Positions 47,290-59,700 of a DNA stretch of 64,000 nucleotides are shown here, one piece after another; the stretch's first letter is position 1; each line of letters begins with the position of its first letter. Below the pieces are notes generated by a model. That model was not told the origin of the DNA and did no database searches. It worked only from the letters and a program-made list of their open reading frames with translations. Origin of the DNA: Nemertoderma westbladi (taxonomy: Eukaryota > Animalia > Xenacoelomorpha); the NCBI GenBank assembly GCA_032718475.1, contig JAUCBJ010000013.1:20428-84427 (forward strand), written 5' to 3'. The translations under genes were made by a program, and so were the position numbers.

Positions 47290-47827
47290 TGTTAGCTTAT
47301 TCAATCCCGCCAACACCCCATAAAGTTATTAGCCGATAAGCAATATTGGGAGCCACGAGATTGGGCAATTAACCAACTCGTGCCATCCCAATGAGAGTGG
47401 GAAGGAAGCACACAATAGAGGGTCAGGGGCCAAACCCCTAACCCAAGGAGAACAGGTGGAGTGAACGGGAATACTCCACGGGGCGCCAACAAGGGTATTA
47501 ACCAATCAGAGGGGGGAATGGCATCGATTGAGTAGCAGTAAGGCCACCGTGCAATATAACCAATAACCTATTAATCAGTGATTCAGTTATCTCAGTGCAG
47601 CAGTGCTAGCGTAGGGTACAGTCAATTAGTTTAGTTAGGGGATCACGGGACTTTAGTTACCGTATCCCGCCTACCGTATAATTCACAATATATCTATATC
47701 CTATAACCTATTATTATACACCGAACTTCAGAACTCAGTTATCTTTATTTCACTCTTATACACGGCGGGGACGCGTGGACTAAATACCACATCGGATAAA
47801 TCGGGATCCCTCCTGGATCCCGTCACA
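47290..47827 (+). repeat. 3' LTR
   Basis: Same length and apparently the same sequence as 36117-36654; preceded by a hairpin and the PPT. Confidence 0.95.
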
Positions 47828-47839
47828 ATATAATAGACG

Positions 47840-47912
47840 AGCATCCGTGGTGTAGTGGTTAGCATACCTGAACGTTTATCGGGAGACGCGGGTTCGATCG
47901 AATTCATTTTTT
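47840..47912 (+). mobile_element. tRNA-derived SINE head / tRNA pseudogene
   Basis: gcatccgtggtgtagtggttagca (A-box) ... gggttcgatc (B-box); no 3' acceptor stem. Confidence 0.55.
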
Positions 47913-48042
47913 CCACTCCATTTGCTATAGAGTTGGATAATCCTTAGTCCTGTTTAATTACTTAATAATATTATATATAATATAATTATATTTAGACTGG
48001 ACACTTACTTAATCGTTAATATTAATTTATATATTATTTCAG

Positions 48043-48240
48043 ACCGAGAGGAATTTACCCAATGGTTGTCATGGCAACCTTTTACAGAGAATGAAGCGGA
48101 AATCAGACGCGAAAACCGGTTTAGGTACATTTGTAAGGCGACGTATAAACCCAGTGAAGGTGTATCCGTAACATTGAGTGAAGGAAGTAGACAGTGGAGG
48201 GATTGTGCCACCGCGATTAGTTCAACATGTATAGACCCCA
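48043..48240 (+). CDS. Sema5: Semaphorin-5-like gene, exon: atypical TSP1 repeat 4
   Basis: ttcag|AC...CCC A|gttagt. EFTQWLSWQP...RENRFRYICKA...QWRDC, matching the Sema5-diagnostic E-x-RFRY-x-CKA segment. Confidence 0.88.
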
Positions 48241-48487
48241 GTTAGTAATCATTAGTGTTTATAGAATGCTTAAGTATCAAAATGTCTATATATTTTGTTA
48301 TATATTTATTTAATTTTGTAATATTAACGAATTATTGATGGTAATTCGAGGTGTTTGTTATTATATGTAGGAACTGAATCAGATTCCACGCTGTTGAGAC
48401 CCAGTAAGGTTGAAACGCGTGACACGTGGTTTGGTGAGATATGATATTTTAATGAATTTCCCTTTATTTAAAAAATATTTAAAAAAT

Positions 48488-48760
48488 AGGATCGGCATGC
48501 TGCATTGCAGCTGCATTTTTAAGAATGCTGTGCCGGCTTGTCGACAAAATTGCGCCGCCACAACTCCCTATCACCCATGACATTTGGTAGATCATCCGCA
48601 TCTTTAAGGCCAGTGTCCTTTAAGATGCGTCTCAAGAAAGTCATGGGCTGTCCACCATGCTTATTCACTCCATGAGGCTGCCAAAATACAAGATTATGCA
48701 CTGGCTGGTCCTCACGGCGAAAGCAATGTCCTGCAAAGCGGAGGCGATTTTGTTTTAACA
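48488..48760 (-). mobile_element. 3' fragment of RTE-like LINE (family of 28830-29800)
   Basis: QNRLRFAGHCFRREDQPVHNLV...NFVDKPAQHS, nearly identical to ORF 29136-29756. Confidence 0.85.
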
Positions 48761-49075
48761 AAGCAGCTATGTGATGGGGTAAGTCCTTCAATCGCCTCAA
48801 TAAAGTTTATTTTACCAAAAGTGAATGACATCCTTTTCTACATTATTGACTCCCATACACCGCTACCTGAGTTTTTATTCGATTTAAATATTCCCGTAGC
48901 CCATTTTATGATACTGATACCCCTAACAACCCGATCCACCTTTACTCCAAGTGTCCCTCGGGTCGGTCTGTCGGTCTTGGTATCTTTAATAACTGGTCAT
49001 TATTTCCAAATTCCCGATGCCTCTCTGCTGGTAACCAACTCATTTGTCTCGATATTGTTTTCATATTTTTTACAG

Positions 49076-49249
49076 CTGAAAATCCAACAACGCTGTGGAG
49101 TGACTGGTTGCCATGGAGCTCGTGTAGTTCTACGTGTGGGATGGCCAACAGGTTTCGGTCCCGCCATTGTGTCAAATTCAGTGACCAATCAGGTGATTGC
49201 ATCGGTGATCACCAGGAAACCAAACAATGTGAACTAGATGGTTGTCAAG
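49076..49249 (+). CDS. Sema5: Semaphorin-5-like gene, exon: TSP1 repeat 5
   Basis: tacag|CT...CAA G|gtaata. WSDWLPWSSCSSTCGMANRFRSRHC...DCIGDHQETKQCELDGC. Confidence 0.92.
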
Positions 49250-49397
49250 GTAATAATAATAAATAAAGTTATTCAGTCATATTACTTAACTCTTAACGGT
49301 CTCCCCGAATTAACCGATTCGATAGACGGTTAATTCGGTCAAATTAATAATAATAAATAAATAATATAATAATATATTTCGCCTTTTTGTATTTCAG

Positions 49398-49568
49398 TTG
49401 CCGGTTCCTGGGGATGTTGGTCTGAGTGGAGCAGCTGTTCCGTAGACTGTGGGGACGGCCTAAGAAAACGAACTCGCGTTTGCAGTTTCCCAGCTGGAAC
49501 ACAAGGTGGCGCTGAATGTGACGGCCAATCGGTGGACCAGGAGCAGTGTAAAATCCGGAGTTGTGAAG
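49398..49568 (+). CDS. Sema5: Semaphorin-5-like gene, exon: TSP1 repeat 6
   Basis: ttcag|TT...GAA G|gttggt. VAGSWGCWSEWSSCSVDCGDGLRKRTRVCS...GGAECDGQSVDQEQC (W-x-C-W as in Sema5). Confidence 0.92.
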
Positions 49569-49929
49569 GTTGGTCATAAATGTGATCGTTGGTTGGAGAT
49601 TACAAAATAATTATTATGTGGCAAAAAGTTAAGTAGAGTTTTCTTCCGCCGTTTTTTTACGCACAAAGACTGCCGACTTATTTCTAGAGCGGTCGCAGTC
49701 CATCCAGAATTTAAGAGATGCGCTCTGGCTAGTCCCTTTTTCGTGCCGAGACGGAAATCCGGCCCATGTGAAGTGACTTTCTGCTCTATATTTCTCTTCG
49801 CAGTTTCTATCTATAATCGGCCTGCTGCACATTGAGATGCTATGCCAGCTTATTTTGTCACCAGCATGAATCTACAATGGAGGAGCCCCATGCAGCGTGC
49901 ATTTAGAATGGAATGCCGGCTTATCAACA

Positions 49930-50300
49930 AAGACGCACTGCATATGAAAGTATGCTGAACATACGTGAGCGAGAGACTGAATCAAAGGCCTTGAAGAAGT
50001 CAACATAGATAACAGCCAGATGCCTGTCTTTCATTTTTGATAACTCTTCAATTATCCTTCTAAGTGCCAAAATGGGCTCCATGGTCCCACGACCTTTACG
50101 GAACCCATTCTGATGTCCACGGAGCAGTTTCTCAATGGGATACCTGTTGCGATTTAATAGAATTCTATTGTATAGCTTTGCAGCAATCGAGATCAATGAG
50201 TTTCCCCGAAAAGAACCATAGAGTGTTAGGTTGCCCTTCTTGGGAACTGGCACCAACTTATTTGTTTTCATTTCTTGTGGGACTCTTGTCGCTCTGTACA
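49930..50300 (-). pseudogene. Older RTE-like RT fragment, interrupted by the + strand LINE
   Basis: PVPKKGNL...FRGNSL...HQNGFRKGRGT...YVDFFKAFDSV. Confidence 0.85.
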
Positions 50301-52293
50301 ATCTACCGATTCAATATACCAGAATATAATAACAGCCCACAAGGAATCAGCTAAGAGGCATATCCCCCAGAAACCTAAACGAAAACAGTATGTGCCATGG
50401 CAAAACTCTGAGGTTACTTGTAAGAGAGAAGATCTTAAGATAGCCTACAAAGTTAAAACCGAACAACCAACAACTGAAAACATTAACAAGGTTGAGAAAG
50501 CTAAGGACGATCTTAAATTGGCCTACAACATCAGCCAGGAAAAGTACATACAGGATAAAACTGAAGCAATTACAACTGCTCACATACAGCAACAATCAAG
50601 ACTTACCTGGCAAACTGTAAATGAGGTATCTGGTCGGGAAAAGTTGTGCAAAGGGGCGCCTCAAAGCCGATAGTCCTGAAGAACGTGTTGGGAAGTGGAA
50701 AAATCATTTCAGCAACTTGCTTGGGCAGACACCAAACATCGAGGTCAGCCCTACAAGGAAAATATATGACAAGACACTACCTATAGAAACAGGGGACTTC
50801 ACACCTGCCGAACTCCAAAGAAGCATTAAAAGCATGTCCAATAATAAAGCGAGTGGATTAGATGAAATCCCAGCGGAGGTATGGAAAACCGGAGTGCTAA
50901 ACAGACCATTATTGAATGTTTGCAACCGGATGTTAAAAGGGGGAAAGCCACCACCAAATTGGACTAAAGGTCAACTAAAACCTCTCCCCAAGAAAGGAGA
51001 CCTCGGCATACCAACAAACTATCGTGGGATTTGTCTGCTTGTGGTAGCTGCCAAATATACAATAAAATGATTCTATATAGGAGTAGGCCTCACATAGAGA
51101 AACTACTGCGTAAGAGCCAAAACGGATTTCGACCAAGTAGATCAACAATAGCTCAGATACTTGCACTACGGGGACTGATTGAAGGAATTAAGTCAAAGAA
51201 TCTCCCCGCAGTCATGACTTTTGTGGACTTCAAGAAGGCATTCGACTCCATCCATAGAGGTAAAATGCTTGAAATCCTAAGAGCTTATGGAATACCAGAA
51301 GTAATTGTTGCTGGCATTGGATTGTTATATTGTGACACAGACACAGAAGCCTCACCAGATGGTGAAACTGAGTTTTTCTCAATCCTGGCTGGCGTGCTGC
51401 AAGGTGACACATTAGCACCATTACTATTTGTAATTGTGCTGGATTACGCAATGAGGACGGCCACAAAGGGTGAAGATCTGGGAATCACACTTCAAGAACG
51501 CAGAAGTAGTAGATATCCGGCAACTACAGTCACAGGCACCGACTTTGCGGATGACATCGCCCTGCTCTCTAATACGCTAGCAGATGCACAGCTTCTACTA
51601 AATAAACTGGAGAGGGCTGCTAAGGAGGTTGGATTGCATATAAATGCTACAAAGACCGAATTCATGACCTTTAATGTTGATGGGAACTTGACAACCATTG
51701 ATAATAATCAACTAAGGAAGGTCGATGACTTCCAGTACCTTGGATCATGGATAGAGAGTAGCAAAAAGGACATAGAAGTTAGGAAAGCAAAGGCTTGGGT
51801 AGCTCTATCAAAAATGGATACCATCTGGAAATCAGATCTCTCCAGGCACCTGGAGACTAAGTTCTTTCGAGCCACAGTGGAAAGTGTATTTTTATACGGG
51901 GGTGAGACCTGGACACTAACTAAATCACTTGAACAACGAATTGATGGTTGCTACACAAGACTACTAAGGGCAGCCCTAAACATCAGCTGGAGACAACACA
52001 TGACAAACGCCGAGCTTTATGGAACAATACCACCTGTATCAACCACCCTCCGTGAACGCAGATTAAGATTCAGTGGGCACTGCTGGCGAAGTAAAGACGA
52101 GGTCATACCAGATCTACATCTCTGGCAACCAACTCATGGAAAGCGTAGTCGTGGACGACCGGCCATAACATATATAGATCAACTTGAAAGGGATACTGAA
52201 CTTGGGAGAAACGAAATTGCGACAACTATGGAGAATCGGGAAGCCTGGAAGGATCTCATTTCCACTGTCCGAGTTCGCTCGACGTAGTAGTAG
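50301..52293 (+). pseudogene. 5'-truncated RTE-clade LINE with a frameshifted RT
   Basis: ORF pieces 50275-50673, 50621-51070 and 51031-52287: KASGLDEIPAEVWK, NYRGI, QNGFR, FVDFKKAFDS, GVLQGDTLAP, DFADD, YLGS. (gta)n tail; possible TSD GTACA. Confidence 0.92.
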
Positions 52294-52524
52294 TACATGT
52301 CTGGTAAAGGAATGGACGAAAGTGTAGTAAGGAAAGGTAACCAGAGGATACGTTTTTTATATCGTCATGCTAATGTACTTGACTCGGGACGATATAAAGT
52401 ACACCATAAGGAAGGCTTATATTATTATAAAATCTCGCGTAGAGCTCAACTATATATCGGACCACCAATCCTGTGAACTGATGATCTATGTAATGTGTTT
52501 TCCTATATTTTCTTTGTCTTTCAG

Positions 52525-52671
52525 ATGAAATGCAGTGGAGTTCCTGGTCGCCTTGGAGTAACTGCGTCTCTAAGCCAATCACAATGCGGGGCCGATCTTG
52601 CAAAGCAGAGCTTATTGGTAGCGGCGATTGCTATGGTAACAATAATGAATGGAAAGATTGTAAGTCCCAAG
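52525..52671 (+). CDS. Sema5: Semaphorin-5-like gene, exon: last TSP1 repeat
   Basis: ttcag|AT...CAA G|gtcagt. WSSWSPWSNC...RGRSC...GDCYGNNNEWKDC. Confidence 0.9.
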
Positions 52672-53020
52672 GTCAGTTGATTGATTACACGTGGCACTAT
52701 CGCCGCCATAAATATTGGAGAGGCTCCAGATGTGTATTTAGTGGGATTGAAAATTAATTTAATGCAATTTAAATCATTAAAGGAAAGGTTCAGGTTACAG
52801 TGGCAGTGTTTTCTAACCAAAACAATAAACGAGACTTTATTTCTCTTGCGGTTAATTTGCGTCACTGTCTGAAATTGAGGCTACAAATAATCTCTTTCTG
52901 ACCAATTCACCCTCAAGCATCAGTTAATTTATAGAATTTCAAGAGTTTATTTAGAAACAATGTTGTAAAATTTTCATTAATTCTACTTCTTAGTCTTTAA
53001 CTGCGGCTTCTTTATTTTAG

Positions 53021-53234
53021 GTATTGCTGAACAATCGTCTAGAGACAATACCGGAATGGGTATTTATTCATTCGCCTATGTAATTGCTGCAGCTTTAGGG
53101 GGGATTCTCTTGAGTTGCCTCGTAACAACGATGTTCTTCGTTTGTTATATGAGGCATAGAGAACGGCGGGGTAATGAGAGTACCTCGTCTTCTAACAAAA
53201 CTCGATCGCCAAGGTCACCATTCTATGCTTCCAT
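53021..53234 (+). CDS. Sema5: Semaphorin-5-like gene, exon: transmembrane segment
   Basis: tttag|GT...TCC AT|gtaagt. YVIAAALGGILLSCLVTTMFFVCY followed by basic RHRERR. Confidence 0.9.
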
Positions 53235-53829
53235 GTAAGTAAATCCTATGTTAGTAACCCTTTAGAGCCTGCTACCTCAAAAGGTTTCAGTCTCTAGAGG
53301 AGTGGCGGCCTGAAAGAGTCCATCCAAAGATCGTCTTTTCCCATTATATAATTATTATTAGGATTTAACCTAGCCTGTGGCCCATAGAAACAGTCCAGAC
53401 AAAATCAAAACACTATAATGAAATTAATTAGTTAATTATGTAAGTAGCACAGCTCAAAATATTAATTGTATTTAAGAAATAAACAAAAAAAAACCCTAAA
53501 ATACTAAATTATGTATTTAGACATTTCCTGAACACATGACCATAATATAAAAAAAGATACTACTGTACATGGCGCCAGAAGAAATACGAAGGGGAAAGTC
53601 GGTTGGGCGGACAGCTGCGGGGTCAGGGTCCGCAAGATCTATTGTAAGCCAATCGATGGCGTTAAGATGCTGTGGCCCCAGGGGAAACAGGTAGTGTCGT
53701 GCACACGTGACCTCTATGGACACGAGATTGGATTAATGTCAACTTATACTCGTTGAGATCAAAAGATTGTCGGTAATCTGTGTTCATTTATTGCAGTCTA
53801 TGAGATTGTATTGTTTGTTACCTTTTTAG

Positions 53830-54073
53830 CTCCAGTGCAATCCCATCGTACTACGGCTCTCGCTCCGAGGACACTCCCCCCTCCCCCTACACCGCGGACA
53901 ACATCGACCCTTTCGGGTTCTACAGTCTGGATCGCGCCCATTCGCGAACAAAGGACAGAGAGATCGCCGCGGTGAGACGGGACATTCAAAAACTAACCGA
54001 GCAGGACACAGTTGTAGCCGAGGAGGAAGGCGAGGTGTTCTACTTCCCTCCGGCAGACGGAGGAGTCAGATGA
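53830..54073 (+). CDS. Sema5: Semaphorin-5-like gene, terminal coding exon (cytoplasmic tail)
   Basis: tttag|C (phase 2, matching the previous donor). SSAIPSYYGSRSEDTPPSPYTADNIDPFGFYSLDR...GGVR*; AATAAA at 54235-54240. Confidence 0.8.
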
Positions 54074-54543
54074 ACTGACCAATCACGAGGAATAATTATT
54101 TAAATTTATCGACCTGCCCCGGAAAGCTAAATATTTATGTCAGTTATCAGAGGAATGGATCAACAAACGCCAATAACGAGAACAAATCACGTCAACAAAC
54201 CAACAATCATTCGATACACGAATAATCTAAACTCAATAAACTGACTATTGTAACTGTTTAATAATCGTATGATACAGTAGCTTTTTGGTGCGTTTTAAAG
54301 TTGTTAATGTGCTTACATATTCATTTTTAATGAACGATTTGTTGGATATTTTTATATTCTATATATTTATTCAGATTCAGATATTCGAGGAATTATGAAA
54401 GATTGATGATGGAGGGTGGGGGGGGGGGGGGGTGGTGTAGGCGAATAAATTATATAATTTAATAATAATAATATGTGAATTGTTGTGGGGTGAGTGGCGG
54501 TGAATTAAGTATATTATAATGTAATATGTGAATAGGATAAAGC

Positions 54544-55201
54544 CCTCCATAGCGAAAAATATCAACCGGCCCTATTGGGGCTCAAACATAGGTGTCAAAC
54601 TTCCGGTTATCTTCAGCTGAGTGTGTGTACTGAACTATACCAGATCGGATGGAGATTTCGCTATGGAGTGGGATATCATATTTAGGTCAACTAATCACTC
54701 AAAGGAAAGTACAACGTTATTCCCGTGCTCTGCCAGAAATGGAAACCAGGCCTCAAAAAATAATAACTATTTACACAGTGTTGTAGGAACCACTGTAACC
54801 CCGTATGCCTGGCCCAGGCTGTTAATTAATAATAATAATACATGAATTGTTGTGGGGTGAGTGACGGTTAATTGAGTATATAATGTAATAGGTACAGTAA
54901 TAATAATGTAATATTATTAATCAACAGCCTGGGCCAGGCATACGGGGTTACAGTGGTTTCTACAACACTGTATAATAGTTATTCTTTGAGGCCTGGTTGC
55001 CATTTCTGGCAGAGCACGGGAATAACGTTGTTCTTTCCTTTGAGTGATTAGTTGGCCTAAATATGATCTCCCACTCCATAGCGAAATATTCATCCGGTCT
55101 GGTAGCTCAGTACAGTCTCCCGGCTGATGATAACCAGAAGTTTGAAACCTAGGAACCAGGTTCGAGCCCCAATAGGGTCGGTTGATATTTTTCGCTATGG
55201 A
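54544..55201. repeat. Inverted duplication of about 290 bp (54544-54835 vs 54912-55201) containing tRNA-like boxes
   Basis: ctccatagcgaaaaatatcaacc...gcctggcccaggctgtt mirrored by aacagcctgggccaggc...ggttgatatttttcgctatggag. Confidence 0.85.
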
Positions 55202-55333
55202 GAGCATTATCATATTGTCCAATTACATTATAATATAATTATATATCTCTATTTGATCTGGGGTTTGAGTAGCACCTGTACGGAACCGTATTATGTAGGT
55301 CCAGACGAACTTCTCCGACAGTATGGCGGTTAA

Positions 55334-55621
55334 GCATCATTTTCGTTAGCAAAAGTTTTATAAAAATTCCCAATAGTTATATAAAAATTCATAAAATTGA
55401 TATAAAAATTCATAAAAGTTATATAAAATTCATAAAATTTATATAAAAATTCATAAAAGCTGTATAGAATGTCAAGAAAATATTCTAGAACACATAATAA
55501 TAGGATAGGATAACATATGTATACTTCTACAAATATACTTTAAAACTTTTATATAGTTTTTCGAAATTTTTATATAACTTTTGGGAATTTTTATACAACT
55601 TTTGCTAACGAAAATGGAGCT
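55334..55621. mobile_element. Small TTAA-flanked fold-back MITE
   Basis: cattttcgttagcaaaagtt... / ...aacttttgctaacgaaaatg, with ttaa on both sides. Confidence 0.65.
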
Positions 55622-55909
55622 TTAATTAATTATTGATTACCTGGGGAGTAGACACTAGTAGCGTAACATAACTAAACCATTATTTGATATATAAAATGAA
55701 CACGTTTAAAAATAGAATAAATGTTGGAGCGCAAAAGCTGACTTAAAAAGTATCACCCTATTGAGTACAAACAAAGTATCAGCATCAGCAGTTCTGGAAT
55801 ATTTGAACAGCTGACGGAATGAATTAAGGAGATATTTAGAACTAGCAAACGTACGGTACTTCACATATTTTATCTTTATTATTGATATATCATTTGATAT
55901 TATTGATGA

Positions 55910-56056
55910 ACTACTACAATCGGCATGCTGCATTTCAGCTGCATTATATATATATTATATAAATATTAAGAATGATGTGCCGGCTTGTCGACAAAATTGC
56001 GCCGCCACAACTCCCTACCACCCATGACAATTGCTAGATCATCCGCATCTTCAAGG
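55910..56056 (-). mobile_element. 3' fragment of RTE-like LINE
   Basis: Same 3' end as 48488-48760. Confidence 0.75.
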
Positions 56057-56826
56057 TCAGTTTGTACGGTGGCTCATTGCGGCCAGTTTGTACGGTGGCT
56101 CATTGCGGCCAGTTTGTACGGTGGCTCATTGCGGTGGCTCATTGCGGCCAGTTTGTACGGTGGCTCATTGCGGCCAGGTTCTACGGTGGCTTATTGCGGC
56201 CAGTTTGTACGGTGGCTCATTGCGGCCAGTTTGTACGGTGGCTCATTGCGGCCAGTTTGTACGGTGGCTCATTGCGGCCAGTTTGTACGGTGGCTCATTG
56301 CGGCCAGTTTGTACGGTGGCTCATAGCGGCCAGTTTCTACGGTGGCTCATTGCGGTGGCTCATTGTGGCCAGTTTGTACGGTGGCTCATTGCGGCCAGTT
56401 TGTACGGTGGCTCATAGCGGCCAGTTTGTACGGTGGCTCATTGCGGTGGCTCATTGTGGCCAGTTTGTACGGTGGCTCATTGCGGCCAGTTTGTACGGTG
56501 GCTCATTGTGGCCAGTTTGTACGGTGGCTCATTGTGGCCTGTTTGTACGGTGGCTCATTGCGGCCAGTTTGACGGTGGCTCATTGCGGTGGCTCATTGCG
56601 GTCAGTTTGTACGGTGGCTCATTGCGGCCAGTTTGTACGGTGGCTCATAGCGGCCAGTTTGTACGGTGGCTCATTGCGGCCAGTTTGTACGGTGGCTCAT
56701 AGCGACCAGTTTGAACGGTGGCTCATTGCGGTGGCTCATTACGGTGGCTCATTATGGTGGCTCATTACGGTGGCTCATTGTTGTGGCTCATTGCGGTGGC
56801 TCATTACCGTGGCTCATTGCGGCCAC
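56057..56826. repeat. 26-bp minisatellite (cagtttgtacggtggctcattgcggc) decaying into a 14-bp subunit
   Basis: More than 20 visible units; explains the repetitive ORFs in all three + frames. Confidence 0.97.
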
Positions 56827-57344
56827 TTTGAAACTTGTTGCTGGGCTCCTCACACACAGAAACTTGTTGCAGTAACATGTTGCTGGACTCCTCAAACACA
56901 GAAACAAGTTGCAAAAACAAGGTGCTACGTCTGAGGGTGCCTAAAACGTTAATTAAGCGCCAGCTTCAGACTACAAAGGTATCACTTTAATTAGATACCT
57001 ATTTACACTTCACAGCACTTTAACACAAGACCATCATAAAGTGCATTAAGCTAACCAACACTGCACTAAGCCTATCTAAAGTCCAATTTAAAATCCGGAT
57101 GCCATCTCTTCGGCTCTATCAAGTTTAGAGTATTTACGTAATACGTAAATCATATACAGTAGTAAAGCAACAATAGATTTACGAGGAAATAATTAGATTA
57201 TTATTAAATAAACTTCCACGGGGGGTACCACCTTCTACCTCACATCCCACTGAGGCTACAGCCAATAATAGCAGTATTCTTTTGGTCAAACGGAAGCAAA
57301 TGGGAAATTGCTGGCAATGGTAATGGCAATGATAATGTTCTATT

Positions 57345-59700
57345 ATAGTCCAGCTCAATTTTCTAAAATTCGTACAATGTGTGGGGCGAGCCACGAAGTG
57401 AGTGAGCCTTAGCGTAGTGGTACCATTAATCAACCTGTCGTTCTGTCGTTCTGTCGTTCTGTCGTTCTGTCGTGTTCAATTTTAAACGTTAATAACTCGG
57501 CCAATCTTTGATGAAATCTATCCAAACTTGGTACACATGTTGTTTGGCAAAAGTTTAGAAATTTTCCAAGTAGAATTTCCGTGTGGCCTTCGAGAAGCTA
57601 AGATAATAGCAGTTAATTAGTTAATTAAGTTGATTGCGGTGAAAACGCCATTTTCAACCTGCCTTTTAAAGGAAATTAATTGTTTTACAGTATAAGATTT
57701 AAATAATTATACTTAAAAATTATACAGATATAATCCCCATACGCCATTCTATTATAGTTTTTAATTAGTTTAAGTGATTTGCTTTAATAAATGTGTCTTT
57801 AATTGATCTAAACGTAATTAAACCGCACAATTATTGAGTACAAATTTAATCCTTCCCATTATTGGTCAATAGGGTGTTACAAAAATCACTTTTTTGCCCC
57901 AATTGCTTGGAAACTTTGACATGCTTTGCCATTTTAATGTAGAAGTACAATGCAAAAAACCGTTTTGAAAAATATTTAGTGGAAGAGGTGTCACACGAGT
58001 CACAAAATCTGAGAAATTTAACAAAATATAGCAGTTTTAATTTACCGATAAATCTAGCGAGAGATGATTGCAATGATCTGAAACTCATGTTATGTAATGC
58101 ATTTATCATGGGCTTTCCAATAACGTTTTTGGCATTGTGAAATTGACAAGATCAGATGTGTCACATTGAGTGTGAAAAATTGATTTTTTTTTTAAAATAT
58201 AAGAAATTTAACAAAATATAGCAGTTTTAATTTACCGATAAATCTAGCGATAGATGATTGCAATGATCTGAAACTCATGTTATGTAATGCATTTATCATG
58301 GGCTTTCCAATAACGTTTTTGGCAATGTGAAATTGACAAGATCAGATGTGTCACATTGAGTTTGAAAACTTAACTAATTCTATATGGGAATGTGCTGGTC
58401 CCCCCTGAGTTAGTTCAACTATTACTGACCTGGCCATCTTTACATTGCCGCGATACACAGTAACTAACCTGTCATAAGCCCCCTCAGAGGCATTGTCATC
58501 ACCTATAAACGTACTTACCAATTCCTTCAGTTGACCTCTCAACTGTTGGTATAAGTAGTTGAATTTCTCAGTCGGTGAGAAATCCTGTTGAGCGACATTA
58601 GTCTTGATATAGTTGATGAAGGTTCTCCAATGTTTAGATAAACCAGTGAAGTGCGGAGGATGTAATGGTGGAAGATTGTGTCTCGGACTGAACTTAGAAA
58701 ACTCCACTGTGATTGAGTTGACCATAGTATTGTCTTCCCTTCCTACCCGTTGATGGACATAAGTTGGAATCGGTTCAACTGGTGAGTAGGATAACGTACC
58801 TGTGGACGAGTACGCGAATTCGTCCCGTGATAGGTTACCTTCTCACTGACTGGTGATCTATAGTCAGTCTCAAACTCTGAGTCTGCCTGAATATTTATAA
58901 CTGGGCATTCGTGGTTTAAACTTGGGATGGTCTTCAGGACGTTGGTACTGTTGTTCCTGTACTCTAAGCTTTTCATTCTCATGTTGAGCTCGTTCTACAT
59001 TGTCATTGACCTCATGGATATTACACCTAACATGGTCGAACTTTGACGTACTGAATTCTTTGCTGCACTTCTTGCACAACACCACATACAGTTTGAACTT
59101 GTCCCTGCACCTGATGGACTTGTGACTGAATATGTTGGACTTTACCTTTTTCTATGGATGACTTCATCCCACACTTCCTTATTACCTTCCCTAATTGCTA
59201 AATTTAATTGATACATATGGATGTTGGGCTTACCTGGAGTAGGACTTGGATTAAACCGCTCACTGTCTCGAGCTCCATCCCACTCGGCTTGATCGCCTTA
59301 TAATCGCCAATAATTATACTTAAAAATTATACAGATGCAATCCACATACTCCATTCTATTATAGTTTTTAATTAGTTCAAGTGATTTGCTTTAATAATTG
59401 TGTCTTTAATTGATCTAAAGTAATTAAAACGGCATAAAAAATTGATTCTCATTAAATACTGCTCATTTATTGGCCAACATGCTGGTACATAGATGGAAGG
59501 ATGTGTGTGTAAGGCGGCCAGTTGCTGGGAATGATTATTGGTCAAGTATCTGCTGGTGTGGAGCTAGCTGCTGGGAGTTGTGGCTGTAGACTAACCTGAG
59601 AGGAATTGTAATAGAGGCAACCAGTATTGCTATTCCAGCCCAATCACTGAATTGTGTTTATTATAGGCTGGACGGGCCGCATAACCGTTCGACTATTACT
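57345..59700. mobile_element. Possible Helentron-associated (DINE-1-like) repeat with internal microsatellite, internal duplications and an inserted fragment
   Basis: gtccagc/gctggac short inverted ends; (ctgtcgtt)x4-5 at 57436-57473; duplications 58010-58170/58200-58360 and 57707-57830/59310-59430. Confidence 0.4.
58351..58725 (-). pseudogene. BEL/Pao Gag (DUF1759-like) fragment
   Basis: LPPLHPPHFTG...WRTF...EKFNYLYQQLRG...AYDRLVTVY. Confidence 0.75.

Larger units (their letters stand above)
36117..47827 (+). mobile_element. BEL/Pao-derived LTR retrotransposon, pol-deleted, with an extra exonuclease/zinc-knuckle ORF
   Basis: 538-bp LTRs (36117-36654 and 47290-47827) that appear identical, TG...CA ends, 5-bp TSD ATATA, PPT GGGGGGGAG at 47281-47289. 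BEL-type Gag and protease motifs present. Confidence 0.93.

Noticed and set aside
55985-56934. Long repetitive ORFs (VAHCGQFVRWLIAASLYGGSLRP…)
   Set aside because: Artefact of a largely stop-free 26-bp minisatellite read in all frames.
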